Positions 63,571 to 64,000 of a stretch of 64,000 nucleotides of DNA are shown here, piece after piece. The notes beneath the pieces were generated by a model. That model ran no database searches. It saw only the letters and a program-made list of their open reading frames with translations, and had not been told where the DNA came from. Numbering within the stretch: the first letter of the stretch is position 1; each line of letters starts with the position of its first letter. The DNA is taken from contig CALRHV010000002.1 in the NCBI GenBank assembly GCA_943359525.1, forward strand, positions 25,040-89,039, written 5' to 3'. This stretch comes from Candidatus Uhrbacteria bacterium. Lineage in GTDB: Bacteria > Patescibacteriota > Patescibacteriia > UBA9934. The translations under genes and the position numbers were made by a program.

Positions 63571-64000
63571 ATGGCAGCAAAACCAGGAGAGTTCCGAATC
63601 GAACAACTTTTTGGCTCACGAACACGCGCGCGACTGTTAACGCTATTTTTGGAAAACTCGGATCGAGCATTTTATGTTCGAGAGCTCACAAGAAGAATTG
63701 ATGCGCAGTTGAATGCGGTTCGTCGTGAACTGAAGAATTTGGTGGACGTTGGCGTTGTGCTTGAGGTTGAAGGAAAGATTATTCCAACGGAGGGAAAAGA
63801 AAAAAAATTCTATCGTGCGAACATGGAATTTCCGTTATTTGAGGACTTGCGTGGCGTGATGAGAAAGGCAGCGGTACTGATGAATCGTGAGATTGTGCGG
63901 GTGCTACGAGAAAAAGGTGATATCGATCTTATTTTGCTTACGGGTCGGTTCGTTGATGCGACGAACGTTCCAACGGACCTGTTGATTGTGGGCACGATTG
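63571..64000 (+). CDS. Winged-helix DNA-binding domain protein, 3' end outside the window. It is not in the supplied ORF track because there is no stop codon in the window.
   Basis: Hand-translated open frame from ATG 63571 to the window end: MAAKPGEFRIEQLFGSRTRARLLTLFLENSDRAFYVRELTRRIDAQLNAVRRELKNLVDVGVV... is a wHTH. It then continues ...DIDLILLTGRFVD... Confidence 0.5.
   Translation, partial: MAAKPGEFRIEQLFGSRTRARLLTLFLENSDRAFYVRELTRRIDAQLNAVRRELKNLVDVGVVLEVEGKIIPTEGKEKKFYRANMEFPLFEDLRGVMRKAAVLMNREIVRVLREKGDIDLILLTGRFVDATNVPTDLLIVGTI

Overview
This 64-kb window looks like a compact bacterial chromosome segment with about 55-57% GC. The gene content and the abundant small palindromic repeats suggest a small-genome lineage, possibly Patescibacteria/CPR-like, but that is an inference and not verified. 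Standard stop codons are used.

Most of the window is housekeeping. It carries the thrS 3' end, miaA, gatB, gyrB, ftsW/rodA, prmC-prfA-rpmE, queA, rpsB-tsf, gap, pgk, eno, metK, xseA/xseB and ppiB. It also carries two ribosomal clusters, secE-nusG-rplK-rplA and rplJ-rplL.

The notable content is listed below.
- A pyrimidine-deoxynucleotide cluster: dut, a fused DHFR-family reductase/thymidylate synthase gene, a HIT protein, dCMP deaminase and a cytidylyltransferase.
- A Phd/YefM-RelE toxin-antitoxin pair inserted in inverted orientation between nusG and rplK. A second, degenerate RHH-antitoxin/truncated-toxin pair lies next to rpmE.
- A lexA-dinB SOS module.
- An XRE regulator next to a fused RecB-like nuclease/exonuclease (TM0106 family), with twin palindromic operators upstream.
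- Two tandem large secreted proteins built from 4 and 8 Ig-like repeats plus a shared C-terminal domain, preceded by a holin-family membrane protein.
- A GC-rich islet flanked by ~60-nt direct repeats next to a GGDEF cyclase.
- A frameshift at an A8 tract inside a repeat-protein gene.
- A possible in-frame hairpin insertion in miaA.
- At least four families of interspersed small palindromic or conserved noncoding elements. One of them is a ~100-nt 5'-leader element present in three copies upstream of unrelated genes.

No rRNA, no convincing complete tRNA and no CRISPR array were found.
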